Origin: Nemertoderma westbladi | Lineage: Eukaryota; Animalia; Xenacoelomorpha | Length of the DNA stretch: 45,633 nucleotides | Reading direction: 5' to 3' | Assembly: GCA_032718475.1 (NCBI GenBank) | Contig: JAUCBJ010001994.1 | Coordinates: forward strand, 1 to 45,633 | Part shown: positions 12,131 through 25,464 of the stretch, piece by piece | How the letters are laid out: the number at the start of each line of letters is the position of its first letter | How positions within the stretch are numbered: the first letter of the stretch is position 1 | Program-made: the position numbers and the translations under genes | Notes under the pieces: generated by a model | Database searches by the model: none | What the model was told of the DNA's origin: nothing | The model's input: the letters and a program-made list of their open reading frames with translations, nothing else

Positions 12131-12789
12131 GAAAATAGTTACAGCCAAATAATAGTATAAATCATATTATAAATCATAAATATAGCATTTCTTTATTGTT
12201 TCTAAAACAGATGATTAGACATATGTATTATAAGTGTCATGGGATATCCTTCAAAGTGGTATGCTTGTTCCATTATTATTATGGATTGTGATCGACTATA
12301 TGCTACAAATGCATATTAAAATTTGCAATTTATGGTAATAGAGGTAGAGGAAATCCAGAAATCACATCAAAATGTGTCCCTGTAGCAGGTCATGAATTCA
12401 GTTGTGGGATTCTCTGGTTTTCATGTAGAAAGAAGACTTCAACGACCTAGTGTCTTGCTGAAGATGTCCTCCGAATACACACAACGGCTTGGGCACAGTT
12501 TGCATATCATGGGTATGGTAATCCTGGAATCAATCCTTTTCTGAAGTTAACTTTATTCTGGGCGGTAGTAGAGCTTCTTGTTTAGAAGGTTGGTAGGATG
12601 TTTACAGTACATTTACCCTTCAGTTAATAATATATTTGAAAACGCTAAACTTTGGCTAAACTTGTTTCCCCGTCCTAAAGGAGGGGTTGATTTGTCAGTT
12701 GTGAGTGCAACATTTGGAGCTAGCACCAAATTTTGAAAATTGATCATGTAAATTGATCTGTTAAAAAGTAAAGTAAATTTTCTTCAGCC

Positions 12790-13035
12790 GCTAGGCCAGG
12801 GATTACGCACAAAGTCTGACGACTTATTTCCAGTGCGGTCCCCCCAGAACTTTACTCCCCAGAGGAAACTCCAGTACTCATTTAGCTACCACTTAAGGAT
12901 GCAAGGCAGAGATGCGCCCTGGCTGGTCCCTTTAAAGCATTCGTGTCGAAACGAAAACTGCCCTTGCCCAAGTGAGGATCGAACCGACAACCTACAGGAA
13001 TTCACATTGAATTGAATCACTACACCAAGATGGAA
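12790..13035 (-). mobile_element. tRNA-derived SINE
   Basis: Minus strand has A-box tggtgtagtga and B-box ggttcgatcc at tRNA-like spacing, followed by a body containing aaatgagtactgg. Confidence 0.55.
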
Positions 13036-13429
13036 CCTAATGTTTGTTGTTGTGTTTTGTTCTGTTGTTTTGTTGCTTTTTATGGATTTGTGAGGTTGTC
13101 CAATTGAATACATAAAATTAATCAAATAGTCAAATATCAAATAAATCAAAGAATTGAAGATGAAAATAAATATAAAAATAATAATTCTTCAACATGTGAA
13201 TTGAGAGTTAAAGTACATATGTTTCAATTTATGTCTCTTATTAATACGAAATTATAAAGGTTGTATAAAAATTATGGATAATCAGAGGGCATGTCACTGA
13301 TTCATGAGGAACTATTTATATATATATATAATATATGATACTTTATAAGGACTGATGAATTCTCTACTGTTGTATGGTTGTAGGCTCATGCATGTATGGT
13401 GGTCTGCTGAAGTCAATGTATGATAGCCC

Positions 13430-14220
13430 CTTAGTGCCTTAGTACAACTTTTCTGACCAGATACCTCATTTACAGTTTGCCAGGTAATTCTTGATTGTTG
13501 CTGTAAGTGAGCAGTTGTAATTTCTTCAATTTTATCCTGGATGTACTTCTCCTGATGACTAATGTTGAAGCCCAATTTAAGATCTTCCTTGGCTTTCTTA
13601 ACCTTGTTAATGTTTTCGGTTTTTACTTTGTAGGCTAACTTAAGATCTCTCTTACAAGTAATCTCAGATTCTTGCATGGCACATACTGTTACTGTTTTCG
13701 TTTTGTTTTCTGGAGAATATGCCTCTTACCTGATTCCATGTGGGCATTTATAATATTATGGTAATTGAATCAGTAGACTGGTCTTCATCCATTGATTGTA
13801 GTCTTCTAAGCGGTTTGAACTTCTACTGTATAAGCATCCTTTACTGCATTGTCAGTTCTGAGTTTCTCCCATCTGATTCAGATCTGATTCGCTTGCATGT
13901 CCTGGGTTTAGTGGCTTTCAAAGCTTCTCTACAGTAACTGAACTAATTATCGGTAGTCCAAACTAATTATGTTGAAGCTGTATGCATGGCAGATAATAAT
14001 GTTGATAAGTTTGTAATCCAGCGGAGCTTTGGTTCCATTGCAGTATTGAAAGGTCCACAGCTTCCCCTTACTCTTTCGAAAGTGGTGTTCATGAAATGTT
14101 GCAATCATGACCTTGGAATTTATAGATTCCATGTTGTTAATGATCTGAAGTGCAAAAGGACCTCGCAGAATTCCTATTCAACTAATTGATGCATTAGGCC
14201 AAATTTCTTTATGCTGAATT
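13430..14220 (-). pseudogene. RTE-like LINE fragment (APE endonuclease C-terminal part plus linker)
   Basis: HFRKSKGKLWTFQYCNGTKAPLDYKLIN...CHAYSFNIISLDYR (APE motifs LDY and SDH degenerate) and KIEEI...QQSRITWQTVNEVSG. Confidence 0.7.
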
Positions 14221-14456
14221 TGTTACAAATTCTTGGTGGGATAACTATTTCTCCATTTGACGCAACACCGCCGCGGCCGCTATGAGGGAGGTGAATACCG
14301 CGGCCGCTCCTAAAGCCGCAGGCCATCGCTAACTATATAGGTTAACTTGGGATTCTGGGGGACTTTTCGATGAAGGAACAGACCAAATTTTTTTATTTTT
14401 TCACCAGGGGAGCGGCTCGGAATTCTAAGATATTAGCAACTCTAACATTATTAAAT

Positions 14457-16420
14457 CTAACCCTTCGACGGACACGGCGGACAAAAATCCGTCATTTTTT
14501 CGACAATTTTAAAATTTTTTTGAAAGGCGCTCTACAGTGGCTCGAAAAAAAAAACCTTAGGTTATTGCTTAGCCGACGCCGGGATACGATAGAAGGGATT
14601 AATTAGTGAATTAGTTTTTTTTTCAAAAAAGATTACCACGCCTTTTTTCCGAAAATGTCCGTCAAAGTTGAAAAAACGGACAAAATGACTTTGCGGGATC
14701 CGCTATAACTCGGCTAATATTAATCGTACGGCGACGAAAGTAACGCGGTTGGAAAGGGGAAGAGTTGTACTACCTTCGTATCGAATGGGGGTAAGATATT
14801 TATTAAAATTTCGGGTGGAAAAAGGGGCTGTAAATTTGTACGTTTTTGTCCGTCGTTTTTGGAAAACTTATTTCCGAAATGTTTAATTCGACAACGCGGG
14901 TAGGAATCCACTAATTCTTTTATGAAACTCGTAGAAGACCATTGGGGCTACGTTCCTATCGAATGGGGGTACAAAAAATATGTCGGCAATAGGGGCCAAA
15001 AAGGGCCAGAATTTGTAAAGTAGTTTTTATCGAATAATTTTTTATTTTTAACTTTAGTTGGTTAAGGTACATGCTATACAGTCAATATCCATACGGGGAA
15101 TTCAAATATGCTATCGGTTTTGCTCCAACGATGATATTAAAAAAATGAGGGCCAAAATTATAATTTCGCGCTTCAAACTTGCTTTGCGGGAAATCGTCTA
15201 GCTCGAAAACTACTTAACTTACGGGAGATTTGTTTACACAGACTTATAGTGCGTTAAATTATCTATCTAACAGCGTTAATCACAGCGCCGGAGGTATTAT
15301 AAAACTGGAGCGGCAGGCGATCGTGTGAAATATAATATTTATAAAAAGGGACGAAAAATTTTTTTTTTTAACAAATCGCTATTCCATTATAATTTAACGT
15401 ATTGCGCCAAAAGTACCTGTAAAAAGTATCAAATTAACTCCGCTATCTTTTATCTTAACATATATAATTAAAATTACGAATTTTAAGGGTCGAAAAATAT
15501 CGCGTTATTTTGGCCCTTTTTTTTAATTTTTTTGGGGCCAAAAATAACCCCTTCTCATTAGATTAAGAAAAAAATTACGGCTAAGAATATACCAATTTTA
15601 TTGAATTTGGACCACCAGAACCGAAGTTAGAGCGATTTTAGTGAAAAAATAAAAATAATTTTTTTTGCAAAAAAATTAAGAATGGTCAGGTCAATATTGG
15701 ATTTCGAACCCGCGAACTTAGGTTTCATTAACGTGATTGATAACCACTAGACTATGTGACCAAGAGAATTTGAAATTTTCGAGTGACTATTTTTAAACAT
15801 AAATAACTTCGGTTCTACAGGGCCGTTTAATCTGAAACTTTTTTAATTGGATAGAGGATAGATTGTAGTGTGTGAAATAGGATACAACTTGGGAAAAGAC
15901 TTATGTGCACTTAGTGCAAAATGCACTTAAATAGTGAACATTTTTTCGATATTTCAAACACTGTTATTTCCAGTTCTATTCATCGTAGAATATTATTTTT
16001 TGGATTAAAATGTAGTTTGGAATGATTTCTAACTATAATCGTAACATTTGTTTAACTTTTTATGTCTATAAAGTGACTTAAAAATGTCCATGAATATGGT
16101 CCAAAATCGCAAATCCAGATTTATTAAATTGGATTTTTGACACTTTTAGCGACTGACACTTGATCATACACCATCGTAGATCGGTAGAGGATAAACATAA
16201 GTTTGTTAAATAAGAGCCACCATTACGATCTGCTAAAGTGCACTTGTACAAATAAGTGTGCAAAAGTGCAAATTTTTTAATATGGTCAAATTATATAGTA
16301 TTGGGTTCTTTTCTTTGCAGATACTTTATTTTCATATTAATATGTTGTTTGAACCTTACTGAGCGCATTAGGGGATATGAGTACAAATAACCGGCCCTTA
16401 TGAGGCTTCGATTGGGTAAA
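14457..16420. mobile_element. Putative non-autonomous DNA-transposon relic (piggyBac-like left end)
   Basis: CpG-rich non-coding block starting ctaa|cccttcgacgg with recurrent internal motifs (tatcgaatggggg twice). No matching right TIR found; extent approximate. Confidence 0.3.
15695..15762 (-). other. tRNA-like degenerate sequence (A/B boxes), not a functional tRNA
   Basis: Minus strand tagtctagtggtta ... gcgggttcgaaatcc; anticodon and acceptor stems do not pair well. Confidence 0.4.
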
Positions 16421-17574
16421 TTAATAAAACATAAGGTTGTATAGTATAATATTCTAAAAACCAGTGTGATATTAAATGCACTTTAAATAATAAATAGAAA
16501 TCAAATAACAATTGGACCACACAATTAAAAACTCGCACAATTTTGTACTTATTATATCGCTTCAAATTAATTCAACAGTGGATATTTGTGGGAAGGGGGA
16601 AGTTACAGTGTGCATTCGGGGGAAGTTTGGTGAACTGCATTTATGCAGTGAATCCAAACTTCCCCTTTGATATATCATATACTTAAGACATGCTAGGGTG
16701 ACGGGGAAATATTTGTTACTGTCACACTTTGCTTCCATTTATCCTATCCTTTATTATTACCCCAGTCAGATAAGAGATAATAAATCAGTAAAAACTAAAC
16801 TAAACTGTCTTTCATGCAAACAAATTTCTAATTAAAGACGGGCGAATGACCATGACCATGGAAATAATTTTAAATATAATTGTATATCAACTATTTGGGG
16901 AGGCTTCCAAGTTAAACCCGAAAACAATTATTTTGTTACATATATAGTAAATAACGTTGTATGTTCTTCTTCCTCTCATAATAAAATATAAATGAAATAT
17001 CTCAGATAGCTATGCCCTGTAACATTTCACAACCAAAATATTTAAGTGTGAAAAGTGTAGGCCTACCACACTCCGCCCAAACAACCGCAAACGCATAGCC
17101 AACAAATTTAACAAAAGGTTACATACATGTTGGGTTCATGACGAGATGAGTGAAAATTGATCGCGTAATATAAAGTAAAAAATTAAGAGACGGGCTGGCT
17201 CTCCTCCACTCTCTTACCCAATGGATATGTTGTTGTAATAATCTAATATTGGGGCGGCTTTCTCTCGGTATGATGGTATTGTTGGTATATATTAATGAAT
17301 TAATGTTTGTCTGCATAGTAGATAAAGGGTATGCCTATAGTTGAACTTTAAAACATGAGACAGGTGTATATGATTAGCATTAATATAATGTACCTCCATT
17401 TTATCTTATATTGAATTTAAAATTTCATTTCATAATTCAACTGTATGCTGATTAGATAATTATTTATTCCATATGCTCGCATGGATGAATCACAAACAGT
17501 ATTTAAATATTGAAGTAAATTTACATACTGTATAATACCTATAAATATAATTGTAATACATTTATTCAGTATAA

Positions 17575-17791
17575 ATGGATCCCAAATGTATCAAAGCCAT
17601 AGTAACAGGAGGAGCTAGTGGTATTGGTAAAGCTATTTGTAATGTTGTAGTAGAAGGAGGAGGTAAAGTTTGTATTATAGATGTTGCTGAAGATAATGGT
17701 AAAGAAGTGGCCAATGAATTAAACAAAGGAAAACCTGAACGAGTTGCATTCTTCATCAAAGGTGATGTCGCCGATTATGGTGGACTTGAAG
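17575..17791 (+). CDS. Short-chain dehydrogenase/reductase (15-hydroxyprostaglandin dehydrogenase-like), exon 1
   Basis: MDPKCIKAIVTGGASGIG (TGxxxGxG), IIDV (Asp suggests NAD+ preference), GDV; donor G|gtaaat (phase 1). Confidence 0.92.
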
Positions 17792-17946
17792 GTAAATAAA
17801 GGCTTTTTTTAACCGTTATCTGAAGGTAATTTCTTTAATTTATATATATATTTTAATATATTATTGTAGATTTTGTAAATGCAAATTTCACAATTTAGAA
17901 ATAAAATATCTTTGTGCATTACATATCAGTTTGTATGTCATTCAGT

Positions 17947-20630
17947 TCACCAACATTTGTCATTGCTCCATAACAAGTGTGCATTGTTGATGGTGACACA
18001 GATTCTTTCATAGTTATATGATGTAACCTCCAGGGTGACAAACTTGCACCATTCAATGCGAAACGCTGGACCCTGACCTGAGACCACCTCTTCAGGAGGC
18101 CCCAGTTCTAGAAACACCTGCTGCAACTCGGTTATAACTGCAGTCGCTCCCTCATTTGTCACTCTTCTAAGGATTGTATAGTTTGTAGCACAGTCTATTA
18201 GTGAGAAGTAATGACGATTTCCATAATCTGTGAACTCCATTGATGTTCGATTTCCAGCCTCTCCATACTATACTTGATTTACTTACTTGATTACTGATAT
18301 ACTTGTTATACTTGATGGAACATCAGTATGGACATGGTAGTCTCTGGTCCAGTCTAACGTTTCCTCATTTTTGACTATTCGTACCCCCAGTACTCGGCTA
18401 CCATCTTGAATATCTTCTGCATCTTTAGACAATAAACCATATTTCTGAAGATGCACTGACTGTATTTGTTGAAACCTTCTCTGTATTTACATAAATGTCA
18501 TCACGAAAATTATTGCAATCATTTTTTATGATAGGGTCTTATGCGAGACATCACTCCACTATCTTGTCCATAATCTTGGGGGTTGGCCCCAATCCAAAAC
18601 CCTTAGTGACTAGATATCTCACTAGATATCGCACTCCCTTTTACATGATGGTCTGGAATGGTTGACGCTCACTTGTGATTACAAGCTGCATGCATTCCCA
18701 TTTTTAATAAATGATAGCTCTCTTGCCATTTCCTCATTTTCTCTCCACAGACTGCATCTTCTAACCCTGGGGAATTTTGACATGTGTGTTGAATTCACGA
18801 TAATCTAGAATTAAGTCTTTATCTAATGTTTTTAGGATCAAATTTAGCCATTAATGGATTTTTTCCCCCTAATTTTCCCCATGAACTCGCTCATAGTATT
18901 GTACAATACACTCCTTATCTATCCACTCTTTCATGGCTACCAGAAACATCTCCAAATAATCTTCCTTGATTCCATACTGGGACACTTTGTTATTGAGTAC
19001 TGACTCTGCCCATTTTCCCACTTCCAATTAGCCCACCAGCTATTTCCATCGAATTCTGCTACAAAAGCAGTATCTTCTTCTATAGTTAGTTTCCTTCCCA
19101 TTGGATAGAATGGTGCATTCTATAAGTTGTATACAGCTTCAGCAGGTTCCTGAATAATAGGTTTTGCTGACACTCCTACTGAAACAAAGATTAACTCAAA
19201 AACTGCAAAACATGTAACCTCGTGATGGGATCCGAGTTAGTCGCAGTGGTCACATGATCACAATATATATGTGGAAAATTAGGGGGGATATTACACAGCC
19301 ACAACACTTACAACTGCCAACCAATCGATACACTCCCACCAGCTATGGTCCCCCCATTGGTTGGCTTATTCCACTCATATTAATCCCATATCCCCTTTAA
19401 CATGTGTTAGCCCCTTTCCTCTGAGATGCGTAGTTAAACCATCTCCAAGCTAACATTGCTTCCTACATTCTCTGGTATGCAATATATATTGCTTACATAC
19501 CTGACTGATTCGTAAGTCAGCCCACCTCCCCATTCTCCCAGTAGGTGGCATGTAGCGGGATGGATCCGCTTACACTCCTAGACTTCTAATGATGTCAGAA
19601 CCTATTATCAGAATACTTGGATTGATAAATTTTTAAACCACCATAAATTTCTAACTTATCTTTCCTTTGCTTCCTGCCACTTGTATTAACTCCAAATAGG
19701 TTTGTCCCACAATTTCCATTCTAGTTTCTCAATCTAACATTGTAATTTTATCTGCATTGTTATTTGTATGATTTATAACAAATCTCTGTATTTTACAGCA
19801 CTACCTCTAAGCAATACTCCATGAACACCCTGTTGTGTTGACTAGTGCGTCCACTGGTCTCCCTTTCCCATCAGCAATATGCCAACAACTGGCACTGTTA
19901 ATCACCCAAGAGAGTGTCTGCTGGCTGTGACACCCCCAGCCCTCATTTCCAGGGGTTCTCACCAGTTCCACTCCATGAGGAATTTCCACCCTGGCAACCT
20001 ATAGCTACATGGCCTACACCCCCATATTTAAAGCATATAACACCTGTTAGGGCCCTCACCCCACCCCCCATCATTCATGCAGTCAGTCACGCACAGTGTC
20101 CCGATCCCCCACAACAAAAGCATTCATTCTGAAGCTCACGACCCCCACAACTGTACTGGTACCAGCTGCCTGACCCGGCTATTTCTGTTGAATCTTATCC
20201 CTGCTGCACCATATTTTTACTTGTTTATTCCAGCAGATTTTTCTGATAGCATTATCTGTTCCAACAGGTTCTAGATATTCACCTTACCAGCCATTACTTT
20301 GATTTCGGCCTGTACAGACTGTGGCAACCCATCCACAAATTGTACTATATCATTAGTAAACAGTGATGATAATCGGCGCAAATCCACTAAAAATCTATCT
20401 GCAGTTTCCGCAGCATTTAAATATCTTTCCTTGAACTTTCTGTAAGCTTCATTAAGGCATATCAATAAAATTATTGTATTAACCGTCGTTTAATTACTTG
20501 ATAGTCCTTTCTCTCTATCTCGTTATGTTGGCTGATAACATCATGGGCTTCTTCTGTTAAATTCACATCAGGTTTGTGGTCATACTATCATAACTGAGTT
20601 TACATTCGTCATTTAGAATGTCAGATGTGT
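17947..20630 (-). mobile_element. Decayed Gypsy-like LTR retrotransposon internal region
   Basis: Minus-strand order: gag-like (AAETADRFLVDLRRL..QFVDGLP), protease-like (VDALVNTTGCS), RT remnant (FRDDIYV near 18500), integrase (HYFSLIDCAT..ELGPPEEVVSGQGPAF). PR-RT-IN order; many stops. Confidence 0.75.
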
Positions 20631-21580
20631 CATTGAACGTTTTTAACCATGAGCATGGGTCTGATTGCCCGTCATATTTCCGTACCTAATCTGATAATTT
20701 CCATGCCATATCATACTTAATACAAACCAAAGTAGGCCTAGTTGTGGCAGTGCAGTACATACTGCAGTAGATGCACCGGTTACTTGTGGCATCATTTTCT
20801 CAATCACAATATTAGTCCACTGCACAATGACAGTCAGACTACTGTAATTCTCTACCATAGTAAATCTTTCCTCAGGCTGTGCCAGTCCATTACTTGGGCC
20901 TCTTTTTTCCCCCATACCAACTTATGGTAATGGCCAATCAGAGCTAAGCAACAATTTACCCTATCAGCATTCCTGAATGAGAGAAAGTTATATTATATCC
21001 TGTATGACTTTTATTAGTTCACATGTTGATGTGCATTACCAGATAGGCTCATAGTTATTTACTAGCACTAACTGACTTATAGTTTTAACATGTGCTCTAC
21101 CATAGTCCCAAACCAGGGCCGGATTTAGAGTGGTGGGTGGCCTGGGGCCGTGTCAGTGGTGGGGGGCCTGGGCTCTAATATTATGGCGTTTGCATGTTCC
21201 AGCATATGGCGCCAAGCACTTCTCAATAGATAGTTCTTTACTGATAGACACATTTTCTCTCGTTTTCATTACCCTAAATTTTCAACCTATTTATTGCAAA
21301 TACCTTTCAAAGAATCTTGAATGTAGATGTAAATATATTAGTAGGAAATGTGAGTCAGGAAATGTTTGGAAATTTCCGGAAATTTCCTATTCATTTTTCC
21401 AGAAATTTCCTATACATTTTCCGGAAATTTCCTTTTTTATTAATTATTCATTATTTTATTTATATAATATAATAGGACAATATGATAATAGCGAAAAATA
21501 TCAACCTACCCTATTGGGTATGGCATACTTTTGGTATTTTAATTCGATATAATTTTATGACGGCCGATAAAGCTACCAAC

Positions 21581-22080
21581 ATCGACCGTCACTAATTAAA
21601 TACTGTAAATTATCGACCGTCGTAATTAAATGCTGATAATTATCGTGCGTCGTAATTAAATACTGGAACCATCAGATCGACCGTCGTTATTAATGTTGAC
21701 ATTATCGACCGTCGTAATTAAATACTGGAACCAGATCGACCGTCGTAATTAAATACTGGAACCAGATCGACCGTCGTTATTAATGTTGACATTATCGACC
21801 GTCGTAATTAAATACTGGAACCAGATCGACCGTCGTTATTAATGTTGACATTATCGACCGTCGTAATTAAATACTGGAACCAGATCGACCGTCGTTATTA
21901 ATGTTGACATTATCGACCGTCGTAATTAAATACTGGAACCAGATCGACCGTCGTTATTAATGTTGACATTATCGACCGTCGTAATTAAATACTGGAACCA
22001 GATCGACCGTCGTTATTAATGTTGACATTATCGACCGTCGTAATTAAATACTGGAACCAGATCGACCGTCGTAATTAATA
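21581..22080. repeat. Minisatellite with 59-bp higher-order unit (31-bp A + 28-bp B subunits, shared core atcgaccgtcg)
   Basis: atcgaccgtcgtaattaaatactggaaccag alternates with atcgaccgtcgttattaatgttgacatt; left-most units are degenerate. Confidence 0.95.
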
Positions 22081-22281
22081 GCTGTTGTTGTTGCTATGAT
22101 ACCATGAATAGGCGGGATATTTGAATTATGTCCTGCAATAGGCCTAGATTTGGGTACTGCTGTACTGTACCACACCGGTGCGGTGCTGCAGTAGGTAATT
22201 AATTACTGTACTGCCCTGCCGTTGTATTACCTTCGTTTCGTTTCGTAATTTTATATTAGTTTGCCAGAGGCTAGTTTAAAT

Positions 22282-24127
22282 ATGGCATATCAAGTTGAAA
22301 TAATGCACCAGGAGATATTGTCTGTAATTAGTAAGTGCGAACAATTACATCTCCATGATGATATCCAGAGTTCACCAAGTCTCATCTGTGATGTTGATGT
22401 TTTGAACGACTTGTATCAGCGAATTAGTCACGCAGCAACAAACTTGGACTTAGTAAACAGTATTAATTATCCTAATAATCATACTGGTGTGGCTTATCAT
22501 GGCTATCTTATTCAACTGCGTAAAAACTTACTGACAGCTGTAACACCTGAGAATAGGTCTAGGTCCTCGTCTCGTTGCACAGACTTAATTAGACTGCCAT
22601 ATAGAGGTTTTACTAGCAGGTCTAGAATCGGAGTCGATAACCAGCGCGGTCGTCCGTCATTTGACATTCCATCGGAAACCCTGAGTTTCCTTAAAGAAAC
22701 CGGATTTACTTGGAAGCAAATTTCGAAGATATTCGGTGTTAGTAGGTCCGCAATAATGACACGTGTAAGACAATACGGTTTGCAACGAGTTAGACGAGTG
22801 GTTACAAATGGAACACTGTTTGCCGCTATTAGAGAAATACACCGGGAATTTCCACATGCTGGTTGCCGGATGGTGAATTCTTTACTACGGATGAAGAATA
22901 TATATGTAGGGTTAAATCGTGTTTCCTCAATTCTACGAGAAATCGATCCCGTATCTTCATCCTACCGCTGGGGGGCCCTTGTTAGTCGCCGTAAGTATAA
23001 TGTTAGGGGTGCAAATTCGCTGTGGCATATAGACGGCCACCACAGCCTAGTGAGGTGGTGTTTTGTTGTACATGGTGCCATTGACGGTTATTCACGGTTA
23101 ATAACATATCTTTGGCTATCAACGAATAATTGTGCTGAAACTGTATTGAAGTTGTTTCAGGAAGCAGTACAGGAGAGTATCGGGTTTCATCATCAGTGTT
23201 TTTTAAATTAATAAAATAAAATTAATAAATAAATAAATTAGTGTTTGTTAATAAAGATAATTTTGTTTTAATAAAAGAGACGGTTTTAATAAAGTCTACA
23301 GATCAATAAAGAGAATAGTAATACTACAATATATTGGATGTGTATGGGGGTCTAACAGGAATAGCGACGGGGTGCGGTGGGGGTTAAAAATAATGGTGGG
23401 GGGGGGGGGGGGGGGGGGTCTTAACAGCATTGTTCATTGTACCGATATATATATATATATACTATGTATGTGTGAAACCACTGATGCTGAAGCGCGAAAG
23501 TGCCTTATGCAGTATTATGGATTACCATCTCGTGTCAGGGGGGATAAGGGTGGGGAGAACCGTGACGTCGCTTCGTTAATGATAGCTAATAGAGGATATA
23601 ACAGGGGTAGCTTTATAGCGGGTAAAAGTACCCACAATCAGAGAATTGAGAGATTATGGCGAGATGTCTTTAGGTCTGTCCTAAGTTTGTACTACGAGTT
23701 GTTTTACTGGATGGAAGATAACTGTTTGTTGGATCCAACGAACACAGTGGACTTATTCGTACTCCATACTTGCTTTAAGGATAGGATAAACAATTCTCTT
23801 GAAACTTTCCGTAACGCATGGAATCGCCATGGTTTACGTACAGAAAGCTACTGGTCTCCAACTAAGATATTTATTAATAGCCGATTGTCCACTTCCCTCG
23901 AGGAATCGCCTGAACTTGAATCATACGGTATTGATTGGGAGGGACCAGTCGTTGAAGACAATGAAACTGTTGTTGATGTCCCTGATGTTCTATGTCCACT
24001 CAACGAAGATGACCGGACTGAACTCCAACAGTTATTACAAACTGTTGTACTGCCTAATAATAACTTCAATGTAGAATTGTATATGCACTGTCGGGACTAT
24101 GTATATAGGAGAGTAAACCTAAACTAA
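22282..24127 (+). CDS. HTH plus integrase-core DDE transposase (~500 aa), split by a 340-bp insert (23173-23512)
   Basis: RGRP..HTH ([15 protein letters not shown]); [16 protein letters not shown]; after the insert [29 protein letters not shown]. Removing the insert restores EAVQYYGLP in frame. Confidence 0.8.
23173..23512. other. 340-bp insertion (degenerate MITE or intron) in the transposase
   Basis: Imperfect inverted ends (ttcatcatcagtg near 23186 / cactgatgctgaa near 23479); AT-rich interior with a long G run and (TA)n; ends in cag. Confidence 0.6.
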
Positions 24128-24811
24128 TTTCATATTGTAAATTACAAGTCAATTTTATCTCTGATTACTAAGGATGCATTGCATACTATATCTTGGCAAT
24201 GCAATAAATATTAGCCAGTGTTTTTGCTTAAACATGGTATTAACTATTAACATGTTAGTATGTCTGTCAAAATATAACAGGCAAACAGCTACAAACAAAC
24301 AGCTCGCCCCTCGCCATGCCTTTGGGTCCTAAGGAAAGTCAGTGGCTTAGATCCGATGTACTTGAATTCTTGGAATTTGGGCCCCAATAAAAGCACTGAG
24401 AGTGGCGATTTTGTGTTTAGTCCTCATTAGAAATCGCTGTAACTATGTTATTTTTAACTTTTAATAGTTTCGGTTTTTGGCACATGGTGTCCAGGACTTT
24501 ATAAGCGATTTCATAAGCTACAAAAAATTTACTCTTTTTCACACAAACTTTTTGTTTTTGTTTTTCATAAATTTTGGGTAAAATAAGTGGCAAAATTAAA
24601 AATTGCCATGTTCGGTTTCAGTTCGGTTCTGGTTCGGAACCTCTATAGTTCGGTCAATCTCTATAGTTGTGGTATCGTGGTGCCCCTTGTGGTGGGGTGC
24701 CTCCCCCCCCCCCCCACTATATACGGCCCTGTCCCACACAATGTCCGACCCACTTAGCTAGTTACATTTCTGCATATTATTTACGTCACTGAATATTTGT
24801 TTTCAATTTAG

Positions 24812-25464
24812 AATCATTCATTATTGCAAAAGGAGAACTTGGTGGCCTCAATGTAGTCTATAACAATGCTGGAATTATCGGTGATACCAAGAAACTTATA
24901 AACATCAATGTCCTCGGTGTCATTAATGGAACCTATATTGGGTTGTCATTAATGAGTCGCACTAAAGGTGGTGAAGGTGGAGTTATCATTAACACAGCTT
25001 CAGCGATTGCTTTCATACCTGGTGTTCCATTAGCATCATATAATGCTTCAAAATCAGCTATATTTGCTTTCACGAAATCTGTTGTTAGTTTTGAAGATTT
25101 CTCTGATCATGGTGTTCGCATCAATTCTGTTTGTCCTGGTGGAGTTGACACGCCTTTTATCGATCTAATGATAGGGGAACCAGAATCTTATCTTCCAAAA
25201 GCAGCTGTAGTTGATATGGCTAAACAGGTTACAGAGTTTAAAACTCTGATAGACTACTATAAATATTCAATGGGATTACTTACTCCCAGGGAAGTTGCAC
25301 AGACTTTTTATCAATTGACATTGGATAAACATATTTCTATGGGAAAATCTGTGTTGGTTTGGCCAGGAAAAAGTGGTTTGGTTGTAGATATGGTACCTAT
25401 GGTAACAGGGAAACTTGGAGATGAGGAAGAATTTCAAGAACCGGAAGTGCTGAAACTCAATTAG
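24812..25464 (+). CDS. SDR (15-PGDH-like), exon 2
   Basis: Acceptor ttttcaatttag ending at 24811; in-frame ESFIIAKGELGGLNVVYNNAGI..INVLGVINGT..GGEGGVIINTAS..YNASK..GVRINSVCPGGVDT; joined CDS 870 nt, 289 aa. Confidence 0.92.

Larger units (their letters stand above)
21556..24127 (+). mobile_element. IS3EU-like (integrase-core DDE) DNA transposon, right end not found
   Basis: Putative left terminus tatgacggccgat at 21556, whose reverse complement is the core of the adjacent tandem array; DDE ORF downstream. Superfamily name comes from recalled motif similarity. Confidence 0.6.
21114..24731. mobile_element. hAT-type non-autonomous element enclosing the IS3EU-like element
   Basis: Ends CAGGGCCG (21114) and CGGCCCTG (24731) with GC-rich subterminal tracts; 8-bp TSD tcccaaac / tcccacac. 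Confidence 0.75.

Noticed and set aside
21581-22080. CRISPR-like array
   Set aside because: The sequences between cores are themselves repeated (A/B units), there are no cas genes, and the context is eukaryotic; it is a minisatellite.
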